Shown here: positions 1-12,697 of the stretch, one piece after another
How the letters are laid out: each line of letters starts with the position of its first letter
Numbering within the stretch: the first letter of the stretch is position 1
From: Callorhinchus milii
Lineage: Eukaryota
DNA: 64,000 nt
NCBI RefSeq assembly: GCF_018977255.1
Contig: NW_024704742.1
Coordinates: forward strand, 104,100,001 to 104,164,000
Direction of reading: 5' to 3'
The notes under the pieces: model-generated
Databases searched by the model: none
Told to the model about the DNA's origin: nothing
What the model saw: only the letters and a program-made list of their open reading frames with translations
Made by a program: the position numbers and the translations under genes

Positions 1-446
1 TGTTCTATGAGAAAATGTGGGAAATCAATGCAAATATTTCAGCACTCTTCTGGAGCATCTTAAATTGTCTTACATTCTAAATTTAGTTGTCAGCTAAGAA
101 TTGCACTTTAGATCTCTCTTGAAGAGTTTTATTTGTCTTATCAGGAAAGCACAAGGACACCTAAAGGAAAACACTGGGAAACTAAAGGAAACGCCTTTCC
201 TGTATAGCTCAAATACAAATTCTGGTGGTTCAATTTGGATACTGTGACCAATTATCACAAAAAAAGATAGTAAGACAAGATCCATACTGAAAACAATGGA
301 GAACAAGCAGTAAGAATTTGTGCTTTTTTTTGTTTCTCTAACACCACTCGACATTCATTGCCTGAGAAAATGGGTTGGAGGGAGATGTATTCTCAGCACA
401 TAGTGAAATGGTCTGATCCCAATGTACGGAGAGATAATTTGTGCAT

Positions 447-630
447 AAGCAACAACAAATTACATTTGTATAGCGCCTTTCATGTCAGAAGGACGTCCCA
501 AGGCACTGGATAGTCAAGGATTCGCACCCGAGATGGTGGTTGGGATCAGGAGAGGTGGAGGGCGGGGAGGGTAAGAGTAGAGAGGGTGACAGAAGGCACA
601 GTCAAACAACAGGGTCTTTAGACGGATCTT
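447..630 (-). mobile_element. L2 LINE 3' tail
   Basis: AACAACAAATTACATTTGTATAGCGCCTTTCATGTCAGAAGGACGTCCCAAGGC matches the L2 tail. Confidence 0.8.
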
Positions 631-3413
631 GATTATTATTATTAAAGGACAATTCCTGCACCCCAAATGCAGCCCAGACTAAGATCTTCACTAACCAGGA
701 TTCAACTTGCAACCTTCTGGTCTGTATGCGTTTTGATCCGTAGTGCTTTCACACACTAAGAAATCAGAGGAGCTACAACTTTAAATTGTGTTAACTCTTG
801 CGTTTAATGTTCCACTAAGCAGTTCATTCCGTATGCCGTTCCACCACATGGCAATCGCTATTTCTACAATTTCTGTGACCTCAAAGGAATTCTTTCATCC
901 AAAACAACCTTAAATACATCCAATATTTCGAATGTAATAATTTGATAGGAAATTCTTCTGGCATTCAATCAATTATGGTCGTCCCAAAATAGCAACCCAC
1001 TAATTGCTGCAATGTCGACTGCATCACATTATGGTCAGTAAAAATAGGAAGAAAGATCAATAAGACATTAGTCACTGAGGATCCTTAGATCATTAATGTA
1101 TGAAATGAAAGGTCCTTTTAATGGTTTAAATTGTTAGTGCTTTTGAAAAGGTTTTTGTAAAATTATTTCATGAGTAACACAATGAATCACCCCAAATATC
1201 ACTCAAAAATCCTACTATGAGTCATTTAAAGCTACTGTTCAACTGGAAAACAAGTTACAAAACAAGCTGGTGACCATCATGCCAGTAAAAACAGTGGACA
1301 AAGTTCAATTTAAAATCCAGAAATATTGATTTGGATTTTTAAGTTGAAGGTTAACATCTCTATAGCAAACAGAATTAAAATATCCAAACTGGTTTCCGAG
1401 ATTCCAATTTTAATGGTACCACTGGGACACGTCTTCAAACTGATCAACTCATATGAACACAATAGGTTACACTAATCATGAGAGAAAAAAATTGGTTAAG
1501 GCTACATTTTGTGTTCCTCACATAAACATATTAAACACACCTCAACATAATATGTAGATAAGGACCATTAAAGTAATTTTTCAATATCTGTGTTTTTTCC
1601 AGTGAAAGTCAATTGGTAAAAAATGTTTCCCTAAATTTAATTTTTTAAAAATTGATTCAATTATCTATTCAAGTGCCTCGAATGGTGCATGCGCATCAAT
1701 TCCAGGACATACATGCACTACATTATGAATCAATCTGTACACACACCATATGCCCATGGTAATCTCTTGTATAATTTAATTTGTTTGCTGTTTATTCTTC
1801 AATACTAAATTCTATACAGTATAGAATAAGAGAAAGCATTATAGAAAGTTAGACTCAGGGACAGAAAGAGAGGCGCATGGTCAGAAAAGGGCTGGTAAAG
1901 TATAATACAACAGTGGGAGTATAACTTCTGAGAGTGGATAATCATCTGTTGTATCAGCAATCACTTTCAACAATAAAGCAGCCATTTTGTTAATATCTGG
2001 CTAGTTTTCTTCAGTTTTTGATGTGGCAGATAAATCTTGATTTTCACCAAACTTACCTTTTTTGTATCAAATTCCCCTACCACTGGCTTTTAATCATAAA
2101 AATAGACCCACTAAAATACCCAGGTTCTTCATTTGTAGATTAAAAGCCTCTAATGGTCCTTCGATGTAGGTCATCCAGCTTTGCAATATGTCTTGCTATA
2201 ACCAATCTAAATTATCAGAAATTACAGCCCCTACTTTTCTGAATTCTCTTTATGCAGTATTAGATTATTTTAGACATTATTCCAGTTCATAAGGGGAAAT
2301 AAGGTTGATCATCATTAGGTCAGAACAAAGATCAACTAAAATACAAATAAGAATCTGAAATTCATTCCAAATTTCAGGGACTGAGCTGCAGATCACCAGA
2401 GGGGACACATTGCGAACACCATGGGACTCAATTATAGAGACTAAGGTTTGACAGATTTGCGGGGAATGCAATGAAGTGACTGTTCCTAAGTTCTTAAATG
2501 GCAGCTGTATTACTCTTACTTCTTGATGAGAACATTATGGGTTTGAGCTCCAGATGGGCCATTTGAGCTCCAACCCAGAATTGACATTTCAGTGTTAAAG
2601 AGATACCATTATTCAGATGAAAAATTAAATGAAGATTCAATCCATCAGTCATCAGTTGACAATACAGATACCACACCATTAATCACAATTGAAACAGGCA
2701 ACTGGTTATTTGGCACAACATTTCTTACAGGAAACCTTCCCAATAGTTCCCCTCAAACCTCACTATAAATTATATGCAATCATAAAGGACTGCCAATGTG
2801 GGGAGGAAAAAGCTTGTTCTGACAAGCTCATGGATATACATCGATAGAAAAGTAATCTTTCTTGAAGAAAAAAATTAGCACGATTCTACCAGCAGCAAAA
2901 GTACTTCAATAGTAATAAGAGTAGCAGTACTGTACCATGTTAATCCTTAAGACTGTGGACAGGCACAGCAAACTTCCATTCTCCCTGGGCGTACTTTTTT
3001 TTTAAAAAAAAACTTTTTCCACACCGTGACGCTTTAACAAACAGCATAGTAATAAAATTAACCAAATGTCAACATTGGCTTTATTGTGATAACCATATAC
3101 TGCCCAAATAAACAACATTAATGAAATAAGAATTGCTAAAATGCTTCAATTCTACTCAAACAGGGGTCTCCTTTTCACTTTCATTCTCAAAAAAAATCCA
3201 ACTTTTACATTATTCATTTATATATTTTATCTTTTCAAACCCTTTGCAGCTTTGAAATGGTTCTTAACTGTTTTTCTTCTTCTTCTTGGCTCCACCATTT
3301 TGGAGGGAGGGGGGGGGACAACTTTTCAGCACCGAGCCTGATGCATTTACTCAATCAAGTCAAACAAGAAAAGGACTGCCTACAATACATGACAGATTCA
3401 ACTGACATCCATG

Positions 3414-4251
3414 ACAACAGCAAAATTACATTTGTACAGCACCTTTCACATCGGGAGGACGCCCCAAGGAGCTGGACGATCAGTATTTTAGACCCTAACT
3501 CGGGATCGGGGAGGGCAGGGGCTGGGAAGGAGGATGATCGAAGGCACGGTTTAAGAGGAGGGTTTTGAAGAAGGTGAGGCAGAGGGAATGCAGAATGGAG
3601 ATCCAGAATATGGGGGCAGAGTAGCTGAAGGCCGCCAGCCAATGGTGGGGTAGAAAGGAGAGTTGAAGGTCAAACAAGATGCCAAAGTTCCTGACTGGCT
3701 CAGTGAGGTGGAGTGTGCACCATGGATGGTAATGCTGTCAGCGCCTGAGGTGTGGAGGCGCTGACGGGAGCCAATCAGGAGAGCCTCGGGCTGGTTGACT
3801 TTCAACTGTAGAAAGTTAGTTCTCATCCAGGACTTGATGTCTGACAGACATTCTGTCAGGACAGCAGTGGTCCTGAAGTCCAGGTTAAGGCAAAGAAATA
3901 GAGTTGGGTGTCATCCGCATAAAAGTGGAAGCTGACCTCGTGTCTACAGATGATGTCACCAAAAGGGGCAGATAGATATCGAAGAGGAGGGGACCAAGGA
4001 CAGAACCCTGAGACGGTGCGGGGGCTAGAGGAGAAGCCGTTTGTGAATATGAAGTAGAGATGGTGTGAGAGGTAGGATCTGAACCATTCAAGGACAGAAC
4101 CATGAAGGTTGAGGTGCGAGGAGAGGTGGTGGAGGAGGATAGAGTGGTCTCAGTCAAAGGCAGCAGAGAGGTCAAGGAGGACGAGGAGACAGAGGGAGGA
4201 GCCCTGGTGGTCAAAATGTAATTTGACACTTTGACCAAAGCTGTTTCTGTG
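3414..4251 (-). mobile_element. L2-clade LINE fragment with internal deletion
   Basis: TETALVKV, QGSVLGPLLF and NFLQLKVNQPEALLIG motifs; nucleotide similarity to the 45485-46780 copy; L2 tail at 3414-3470. Confidence 0.92.
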
Positions 4252-5199
4252 GGTGACACAGATGACATAAGGCATACACCATAATAATAATCATCCTTGT
4301 ATTTGATGTAGCGCATTATCATGTCTTCCATACGTCTCAAAGCGCTTCACAAAATATACTGTAAAGTGAATTGACTATGTTTTGTGATGGCTGTGGACTG
4401 AACAGTTTAGGGTTTCTTTTAAAGCAAGCCTAAACTATTTTCTATTTATCATCTTTGCCTACGACACTGTAGAGACATAGGTTTGAAATCCTGCTTCACT
4501 CAGATCCCAACAACAACAATTTGCATTTATATAGCACCCCTCATGCAGGGTAACATCCCAGAGTGCTTAATTCTCAATCCCAGATTAAATGGGAGCAAAC
4601 ACTGAAAGTGATCTTCATAATGAAGCACAGTCTGCATCTCTTTCTGACTACCCAATAGCAGTGCAAACTATCTGCCTTGTCCACTTGAATACAGCGGTAC
4701 ATTTGGTCAAGGGGAACAAAGCCAACAAAGAGGGCGACACATTCTGAAGAAAAATGCTAAATCAAGTGAGGACAGATGAACCAATCGCATTTTCATATTT
4801 TACCATTTTAACCAATTATCAATGTGAAATGACAAAAAAAAATTAAGTAGGGCTACACTACACAGCACTAACCAAAAAAAAATATCAATTTGCCTTTACA
4901 AATAACTATACACTTACACACTGTACGTCGATGCTCCAGTGATTTGAAACAACTTAGAGGATATCCTCAGTCCAAGATAAAATTAAAGAAATAAAAAGTT
5001 CTTATTGCATGAGTGTGAGAAACCAATGACTCTGCAAACAGTTGAAAGATGGTTTATATTTTCCCAATGGATTCAAAATAAATAACACAAAAGCTTATTA
5101 GTATACAATAAATAAATCCAAACTATTAAAACTGTTTTAAATTTGGTCAACTAAATCCCAAGATTTTAAGAGAATTAAATTGTCACTCAATTCAGAGGG

Positions 5200-5384
5200 G
5201 CAGAGGCTGGAAATCTGAAATAAATAGACAGCCAACATCAGGTCAGCAGTAGCTGAAAGAGAAAAAAAAGGTTAATATTTCAGACATAACCTTCATAGTC
5301 AAGCCTTAAATGTTAACAAATTTTCTCTTCCAGATGCAAATTGATCTGCTGTGCATTTTGCACATTTCTGTGTTTTAATCCAGA
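5200..5384. mobile_element. Palindromic Penelope-type terminal remnant
   Basis: Imperfect inverted arms (CTGAAAGAGAAAA/TTTTCTCTTCCAG; GTTAATATTT/AAATGTTAAC); similar to 54585-54765. Confidence 0.55.
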
Positions 5385-7704
5385 CGACTTCACTTCATGT
5401 CTGAATTGATACAGGACGGCACTTGCCAAGAAGACCAACATAATATCTATGCATTGCCAATGGAGCAGATTCTTGGTTGCTTGAATGTATATAACTGATG
5501 TTTATTAAACATAAAACAACTGTGCAGAAATGCCTGGTTTGTTTTGGTTCATTCAACAGTAGCTCCGAATTCACTCTTCAAAATCGATCTGGGATTGAAA
5601 TTAGTAGCGAACAACAAAACCGCAAAGCAGATTCATTTTAGTTGATGCCCGACTTTCAAATTAGCAGGGTAATCTAAAGGAGGAAATTCATAAAACTGAA
5701 CTACAGTGTTTTACCATTCAATTGTACGATAAACATAAGGTCTGCAAAAAAAATGTTTAGGAACTGCAGTTATAGATCTTTATAGGAGTCTCCATTTTAA
5801 AATAGAATTATCATCTCATAATGTTTGAAAATGTTTATGACACAAAACTTGCATTTAAGGAAACAACCAGATTTTCATATTCTATATATTCTGCTGCTGA
5901 CATGCAGTGAGGAAAATCCCATTTGTTCTAATGACACTTCATAAATAATTTAACAAGATTTCCCTGAGCGTTCAGTTCAAAGCGTAGGTTTCAGCTGCGC
6001 TATTGTGCAGTTTCATACAAAAGAAATTACAACAGCTGTTTTCTCCCTTGCGTAAATTTAAAATCCATTTCCTTTTCTAATTCACACTGGATAGTTTAAC
6101 CCAATTTCAATTTAAACAGTCACACAAAGGTCAGTTTGGCCACAAAATATAGTCAATCCACTTCACAGTATATCCTGTGAAGCGCTTTGAGGCGTCTCAA
6201 CGATGTGATAAATCCCTATATCAAATGCAAGGGTTATAATTATGGCTACGGAGAATTTTTTCCCATCTTGTCGTGGCAAGCCTATTCTCCACATCATTTT
6301 TAAATCAGCAGTGCAGCAGTACCTGCTCCGCCACAGCATTCAGAGAGCAAAGGTTGCAGTCAACCACAAAAAGCACCACTCAGCTACTACAAAGACACAG
6401 CATGGCATCATTAAAATACAAATTTTCTATGTATTTGGAAGCGAAGACTGCTCCGCAGTATATTAACTGACCACTGGATCGATCAAAAATTAAACAGGAC
6501 AAATTATAATTTAACCAGTCTCGGCATCAAGACTCAGCGTGAACAACTGTATTCTAACATCATAAGCTTATATTCAAATCAAACCATCTGCTTTAGTCGC
6601 CTTTATTCCTAACAGCATCTCTTGACATGAATAGATCAAGCTTTCATTTAAGATCCGATTCACAATTTTTTTTAACGTTCTAGTCTGGTTTTCCTGAGAC
6701 AGTTTTTTTCTTTAATAATCAGCGTCAATCCTTTTTATACAATGAAAATACAATGTCTCCTTCTTCCCCAACCCTCTTTCCCTTTCACGTGAAAAAAGAC
6801 TGATACGCACAAAATACAGCCGTCTCTAATCTACTGTAAAGCCAAATCCATTCTACAGTAAATACCAATCCAGATTTTCAACTTTACATTGTCTGATGAA
6901 GAAAAAACCTAAGAATTCAATTTAAAATTTTGATTTTTACGTACCCCATTTCTGAAGCAGTGTATACCTCCATTTTTTCACCCTTCCCTGTGTTAAAACA
7001 CAAGTGAATTCAGCCATTCCACTCACATGTCCTGTTAATCACCCAATCAGGTTGCAGACAATCTCCTCCAGTACTGGAGGATATTTGCTGGCCTTCATCC
7101 AGAAGATTACACAGCTGCTTCCCATAGTCAATTAAATCCCTGTCCGTACCAGTGGTAGAGGCCGCTCACTGTAGCAGATGACTGGAGCAAAGCCAATAGA
7201 TCCAGGCAGCTAGAAGGTCACGCCAGCTGTCACCAAGGCTCGGAAGTGGCAGAAATTTACGAAAACAAAATCACAGTATGTGTGCTAGCTCAAGTCAGCT
7301 GTAAGCAGCCTTCTCTCGACTGTGGCAAAGTACCAAAATCTGGCCACCATGCCACCCAGTTCTGAAACTGGTTTCAGAAAGAGTCCAATTTAGCATAACA
7401 AATTGCACATTTGAAAAAGTCCCTTGTGATTACGGGAGTGCGAAAAATCCTGACTGGAAGGCAGATTTAACCAATCTAAGCAAAATTGCTAAAACTGTAC
7501 CAGAAAGGGAAAACAAATTAATCTGCAGCATTATTAGCCAGGAAACTGGAAGAAATGCCTTTCACTTCTCAAATGGTGACATGGGACATTTAATATCCTG
7601 CCCAAACAGACTGGACCTCAGGTCAACATCTCACCCAAGAGACGCCACCACCAATAATGTACCGCCTATCCAGTACCAGTCTGCAGTCTCAGCCTACACC
7701 ACCA

Positions 7705-8235
7705 TGTATCTGCATTAAACTTCATTTACCAGTTCTCAGCCCATGTGTACAGCCTATCAGGAGACCTTTGGTGCCTCATTTGATTCCACAATTCCCCTCA
7801 ACTTGGGGTCATCTGCAATTGTAAGCGTCTTATACTGGGTCTGCAAACTAGGTCATTAATATATACGAGGAATGGGAGGGGTCCCAGTACAGACACTTGA
7901 GGCACCTCAAGTATACCTCCTCCATTATGACGAACTCTCCTAACAAAGACCCTTTGAGTCCTTAATGTGAGCTGATTGTGAATCCATGTCCAGCTGTTTC
8001 CTTCGTACCCAATGACCATGGATTGTAAATTATGAGCTCAGACCTAGATCACAACCTTCTGACCTACAGACAAGTGCGCTATCAGCTGTACCAATCTCAT
8101 ACAACCGTTTTCATCATTCTGCATTTTCTATACACATCACAGTTAGAAATTTCAGAATGCAGTAAGCTTTTAGTCCCAACAAGACAGTTTGAAAAACATC
8201 TAAGGTGCCTTAAACCAACTAATTCATTAACTGTA
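7705..8235 (-). mobile_element. Decayed CR1 RT fragment
   Basis: VPQVSVLGPLPFLVYINDL in ORF 7798-8019 and an ADD remnant. Confidence 0.75.
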
Positions 8236-8238
8236 TAA

Positions 8239-8803
8239 GGAAAAGCTCACAGGGAATTCCTGCCATCCATCTTGGGAAGCTCAAATCCATGCTCGTCAAA
8301 ACGACCAACTCGTGACTATTCTATGGAGCAGAGGGAGAGTAAGCTAAACTGGCTCCAAGGTGACACTTTTGGCAAAGGAATGCCAGAATTAATCCAACCA
8401 CATGTGGCAGGCTGATAATCCAGTTCCCGAGCCATGTGGGGCTGCAGTATTCCAGCACTGTCGATGATAGCCCAGCCAGCCTGGCTCATTCCAGTTGCTG
8501 AGGACAGGGATTACCCTGCTCAGCTCCTGTTAACCCAGCAAACCAAGCTTCAGTGACAAGCTATAAGGTTTTAGCTGATTGGACTCCAGCAGTACACCAA
8601 CCCACACTCGGGGTCCCCTGACAATCTGGAATGAGGTGGGCAGGACGTGTCCTCCAGGGAGAGAGTGCCCATTCCATTCTAATAAATATCTCCGGAAGTT
8701 CCACCTGTAGTTGGGATGCTTGGAACCCTCAGACTGTTTTGGATACTCTTAAGCATGATGATGAGTTTCTACCTGTGTTAGACATTCGGCTGACCCAAAA
8801 AAA
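8239..8803 (+). mobile_element. 3' end of the same RTE-X-like LINE, with poly(A)
   Basis: Aligns by eye to 62112-62480 (AAGCTCRCAGGGARTTCCTG, TGGCTCCAAG, CAGTTCCYGAGCCA) and ends GGCTGACCC(A)7. Confidence 0.75.
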
Positions 8804-10345
8804 GGAAATGATTGCTGATCACAAATTCAATTCTATTTAACTTGTGCAATAATTGTTGAAAAACATCACAACACCTACCTAAAACTTGTTATATTGGAGC
8901 TGATTTCTCAGATTTTATGATAGGCAATCTGCAGGTTCTATAAGAGGTCTTCAAAGCGATTCCTTATTAATGTGGGTAAAGGAGGTTAGCTTCAAAGCTT
9001 CATTTTATAGGGAGAAATTTGAGTTACAAACACAAAAAAGTTCCTTTGCTTAATGGATTTGGGAATGAATGAGTGTTCAGAATACCAAAGCCCTCTGCTA
9101 AAAACTACTTTTTAATGCAAATAAGGCAGCTTTCACATAAAAGGAGGCTTTAAAGTTTGTTGAAACATGTCCAGTCACTGTAGCTCTTATTCTGCTCCAG
9201 CTCATTCATCAGATATTGGTGGGAAATACTTGGTGGAATATATCCAGCATTCAAGTTCCTGACAGTATTATTCACTTAAGTAATTCCTAAATCATAAGAA
9301 AACCTTTTAAAACACAAAGGAGCTATGTGATCCAGAAATTAAGTGAACAATTAAACTGTCACTATCCTATCACTAAAATATAGGGCAATTTGATAATGGC
9401 TGCTTGTTTAGTAACTTTTTTCTTTCAATCTATTCACATCACTGAAATAAGAACATGACATGATCACAAATCTGACCCTGCTTCCCATAGATTTAAAGCA
9501 TCCATCTTCTCCTGAGTTTCACACACAAAGTCCAAAATCTCATTGTTTTGCAGTGTAAAAAAAGTATTTCAATTAAATGATACCTGTATATTAATACAAC
9601 AAAATCATAACATGTAATATGCGCCTATTACATTCAAACATATCAAAACGTTTCACTGGGCTTTGCTGTCAAGTGTGGTGATTGAGTATTTGTAGACAAT
9701 GTGTATACCGCAAGATCCCACAAGCAACCACGATACCACAATTCATCTGGTAATTGTCAGCCAAGACATGGGGAGAAATGCTCTCGTCTTTACAAACAGT
9801 GTCATGGGTCCTTTAATATCCACCTAAACAGCTAAACCTAACAATACAAAAGTACCTCTAATATTTTTAGTGCATTGATTACTTTCGCTGTGTGTGTGAC
9901 AAGGGAGAGTTAGAAATTCTTGAACCCATCAAGATGTGGCTCATCAGTAACATCAATAACTCTGTGGTTCGAATACAACCCAGACCAGATGCAAAGTAGA
10001 GCTCCTCCTACACTACTACAAAAATGTCTTATTCTCAACCGAAACACCATCTTTCATTGCACCAGTGTGAATTTCTGTTCCCACACCCGGTTCTTATGGC
10101 CCCAGCAACAGTCAACTTGCCAAGTAGTAAATACAGCATTTCAGTCTTCCACTGGGAACGTAACTGTGGGAACCTTCCATTTTCTTGGCTATGCAAGTTT
10201 AAAATAAATCTTCTCGTGTTGCGATGAACTTAATTCTGTGCAGTGTCATCAGTAGGAATTAAATAGAGTACTGTATAATGATGCAAGTGAATTTTTTGTT
10301 AATTTGCAGTGCAGGGGTTTCTTTCAGTAGGTTTTCAGTGAGCTG

Positions 10346-10655
10346 TAATAATAATTCTTGCATTTGATACAGTGCTTTTCACATCTTCTAGACGTCTCAA
10401 AGCGCTTCACAGAGTATACTGTAAAGTGAATCGACTGTATATTTGTGGGCGAAACGAAGCAGCCAATTGCTCACAGCAGTGTTCCACGAACAGTCGTGGA
10501 TTGAGTGACCAAATTCTTATTGTTTTTTTTTTGAGGGATTATTATCAGGCATGTGGATTAAGGAAACTTGCCCAAGGTTTCACTCAGCCGGGAATCAAAT
10601 CCAAGTCTCTCGCTTGCAAGGCGAGTACTTTAACCACTGTGCTACAGGACTCCAC
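10346..10655 (-). mobile_element. tRNA-derived SINE, full length, short subfamily
   Basis: Same head, body and tail. Confidence 0.93.
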
Positions 10656-10679
10656 GAGGATAATGAGTATCCATGAGAT

Positions 10680-10880
10680 CGGGTGTTCATTCTGTGACCT
10701 AGAGAGAGTCAGAGGGCTATAATCAAATATCCAGCCCAATCCTGTCCTCATCAACATTCCTACCCTGTGACCCTGACAGCAACGAGGAGCAGAATATCTT
10801 GCTTTTTTTTAATCTCCCTCCCCTTCCTTGTCTGAGATTAATTGGTTTAGCAAATATGACATACCTCAGTAGTGATAGCC
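10680..10880 (-). mobile_element. LF-SINE-like fragment
   Basis: AGCCCAATCCTGTCCTCA and AGGAGCAGAA blocks. Confidence 0.45.
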
Positions 10881-12372
10881 ATGGGCTATCATTGTATTCA
10901 TCTACTGAGCTGCAATAAAAGTCCCTGAAGGAATATTTTAACTGGGTAGATTACAGCCCAATTTCAAACCATATTTAAAGAGAATAGCACAAATTAATAA
11001 TTCAAGATAAAGTTATAGTTCTCCCCTTCCCCCATTTATATAACATTAATTTTGGTAGAATTGTAATGTACTGAAGTAATTTCAAAACTGTCTTTCAATG
11101 ACACAGGAATGTGCTATTTTGGTTTTCCTCTGGTCTCAAGCAGCTATGCCAATATTAATTGTGGATGTGTCCAGGAATCCCAGAGATTGGCATCCAGACT
11201 GATCAGAGGTCACCCCACCCAGTAAAAAGTCAGCATCAGCTGTGTACTTCTCTATCCACAGCTAAATCTAACTTCCTCGCTCAGGGAACTTCCCAATCAG
11301 TCTTCCATAACCATTCCTGTAACATATATAGGTTGAGTCTCTCTTTGGGCCTTAGAAATTCAAATCAATTTAAAGATTTTGCCTACTATTGCCTTGATGG
11401 TGTAGGTAACTTACACTGAAGTGCTTTTCCAATGGTAGAGGGTTAATTAGGACAAGGCAAGCCCTAATGAAAACAGAATCCACAATGCAGAACTTTGTAA
11501 ACTGAAATGAGGGCATTTTACAACTTAAGTAAAGTATGTGGAAATTATATTGGCATTTTCTACTTTTATACAAAGGTGAGGTTCATATCCACTTGGAAAT
11601 GTGAAGCATTCAAATGGTCAGTGTAAACCATACAGAAATTCCCACATAACTGGACTTTTTATGCATATACAACCTTTAACAACTGTTTCCTTAGATCTGT
11701 ATGGATATATAGCAGAACCTCCATTATAAGCGCTTTGAGATGTCTGAAAAACATGATAAAGCGCTATATCAAATGCAAGGATTATTATTATTACTATTAT
11801 TATAACAGTAGCTAGGTCCAGAAAATCTTCAGCAGAATTACAACAAGGCGTGATCACCAGTCAGTGCTTTCCTATTTCACTGTACACGCATATGCAGAAA
11901 GGTATCCGACTCCATTGGCTCTTCAAGTCCCAAACGACACTTTCAATGGTCAACACGTTCAGTCACTTCCTAAGACAGTGTACCTGAATCTTTTCTACAC
12001 CAGCCTTTACTACTTAGAAACTAGTCTCCATCATGGATAATACTTTCAGCCTTCCCAAATGTTCCAAAAATTCCCATTTGGAGCCAGCTATAAGGATGTG
12101 TACAACAAGAACCCCTGTAGCTAGTTTCCACTCGGTACTTACCACATAAAGTTGGACTCAAATTAACAACTCTGATTTTGAGAACAATTCTCTCAGCAGT
12201 GGTGTTTTAGTGGGTTGCTTGGGTTTCAAAGAAATTTATTTGACTGAGATGTATGTATACATTTGATCACTCAATCCACAACTCTTTATAGAACACTGCT
12301 CTGCGCAATTGGCTATGTTTCACCCACAATATACATAGTCAATCCACTTTACAATATATTCTGTGAAGCATT

Positions 12373-12697
12373 TAATAATAATAATAATAATCCTTGCATT
12401 TGATATAGCGCTTTTCACGTCAGGAGGACGTCCCAAAGCGCTTCACAGAACACACTGTAAAGTGAATTGACTGTATATTTGTGGGCGAACGCGGCAGCCA
12501 ATTGCGCACAGCAATGTCCCACAAACAGTCGTAGATTGAAAATGACCAATTTATTATTGTTTTGTTTTTTTGGAGGGATTATTATTAGGCGTGTGGAGTA
12601 AGGAAACTTGCCCAAGGTTTCGCCCTCTGCCTGGAATTGAACTCAGGTCTCTCACTTGCAAAGCGAGTGCTCTAACCACTGAGCTACAGGACTCCAC
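12373..12697 (-). mobile_element. tRNA-derived SINE, short subfamily, nested in an older plus-strand SINE tail
   Basis: Near-identical to the 62604-62918 copy; the host SINE continues on both sides (about 12290-12372 and 12698-12750). Confidence 0.95.

Noticed and set aside
2051..2206. Minus-strand donor AAG|GTAAGT suggesting an exon
   Set aside because: Only weak acceptors upstream and no convincing open frame.
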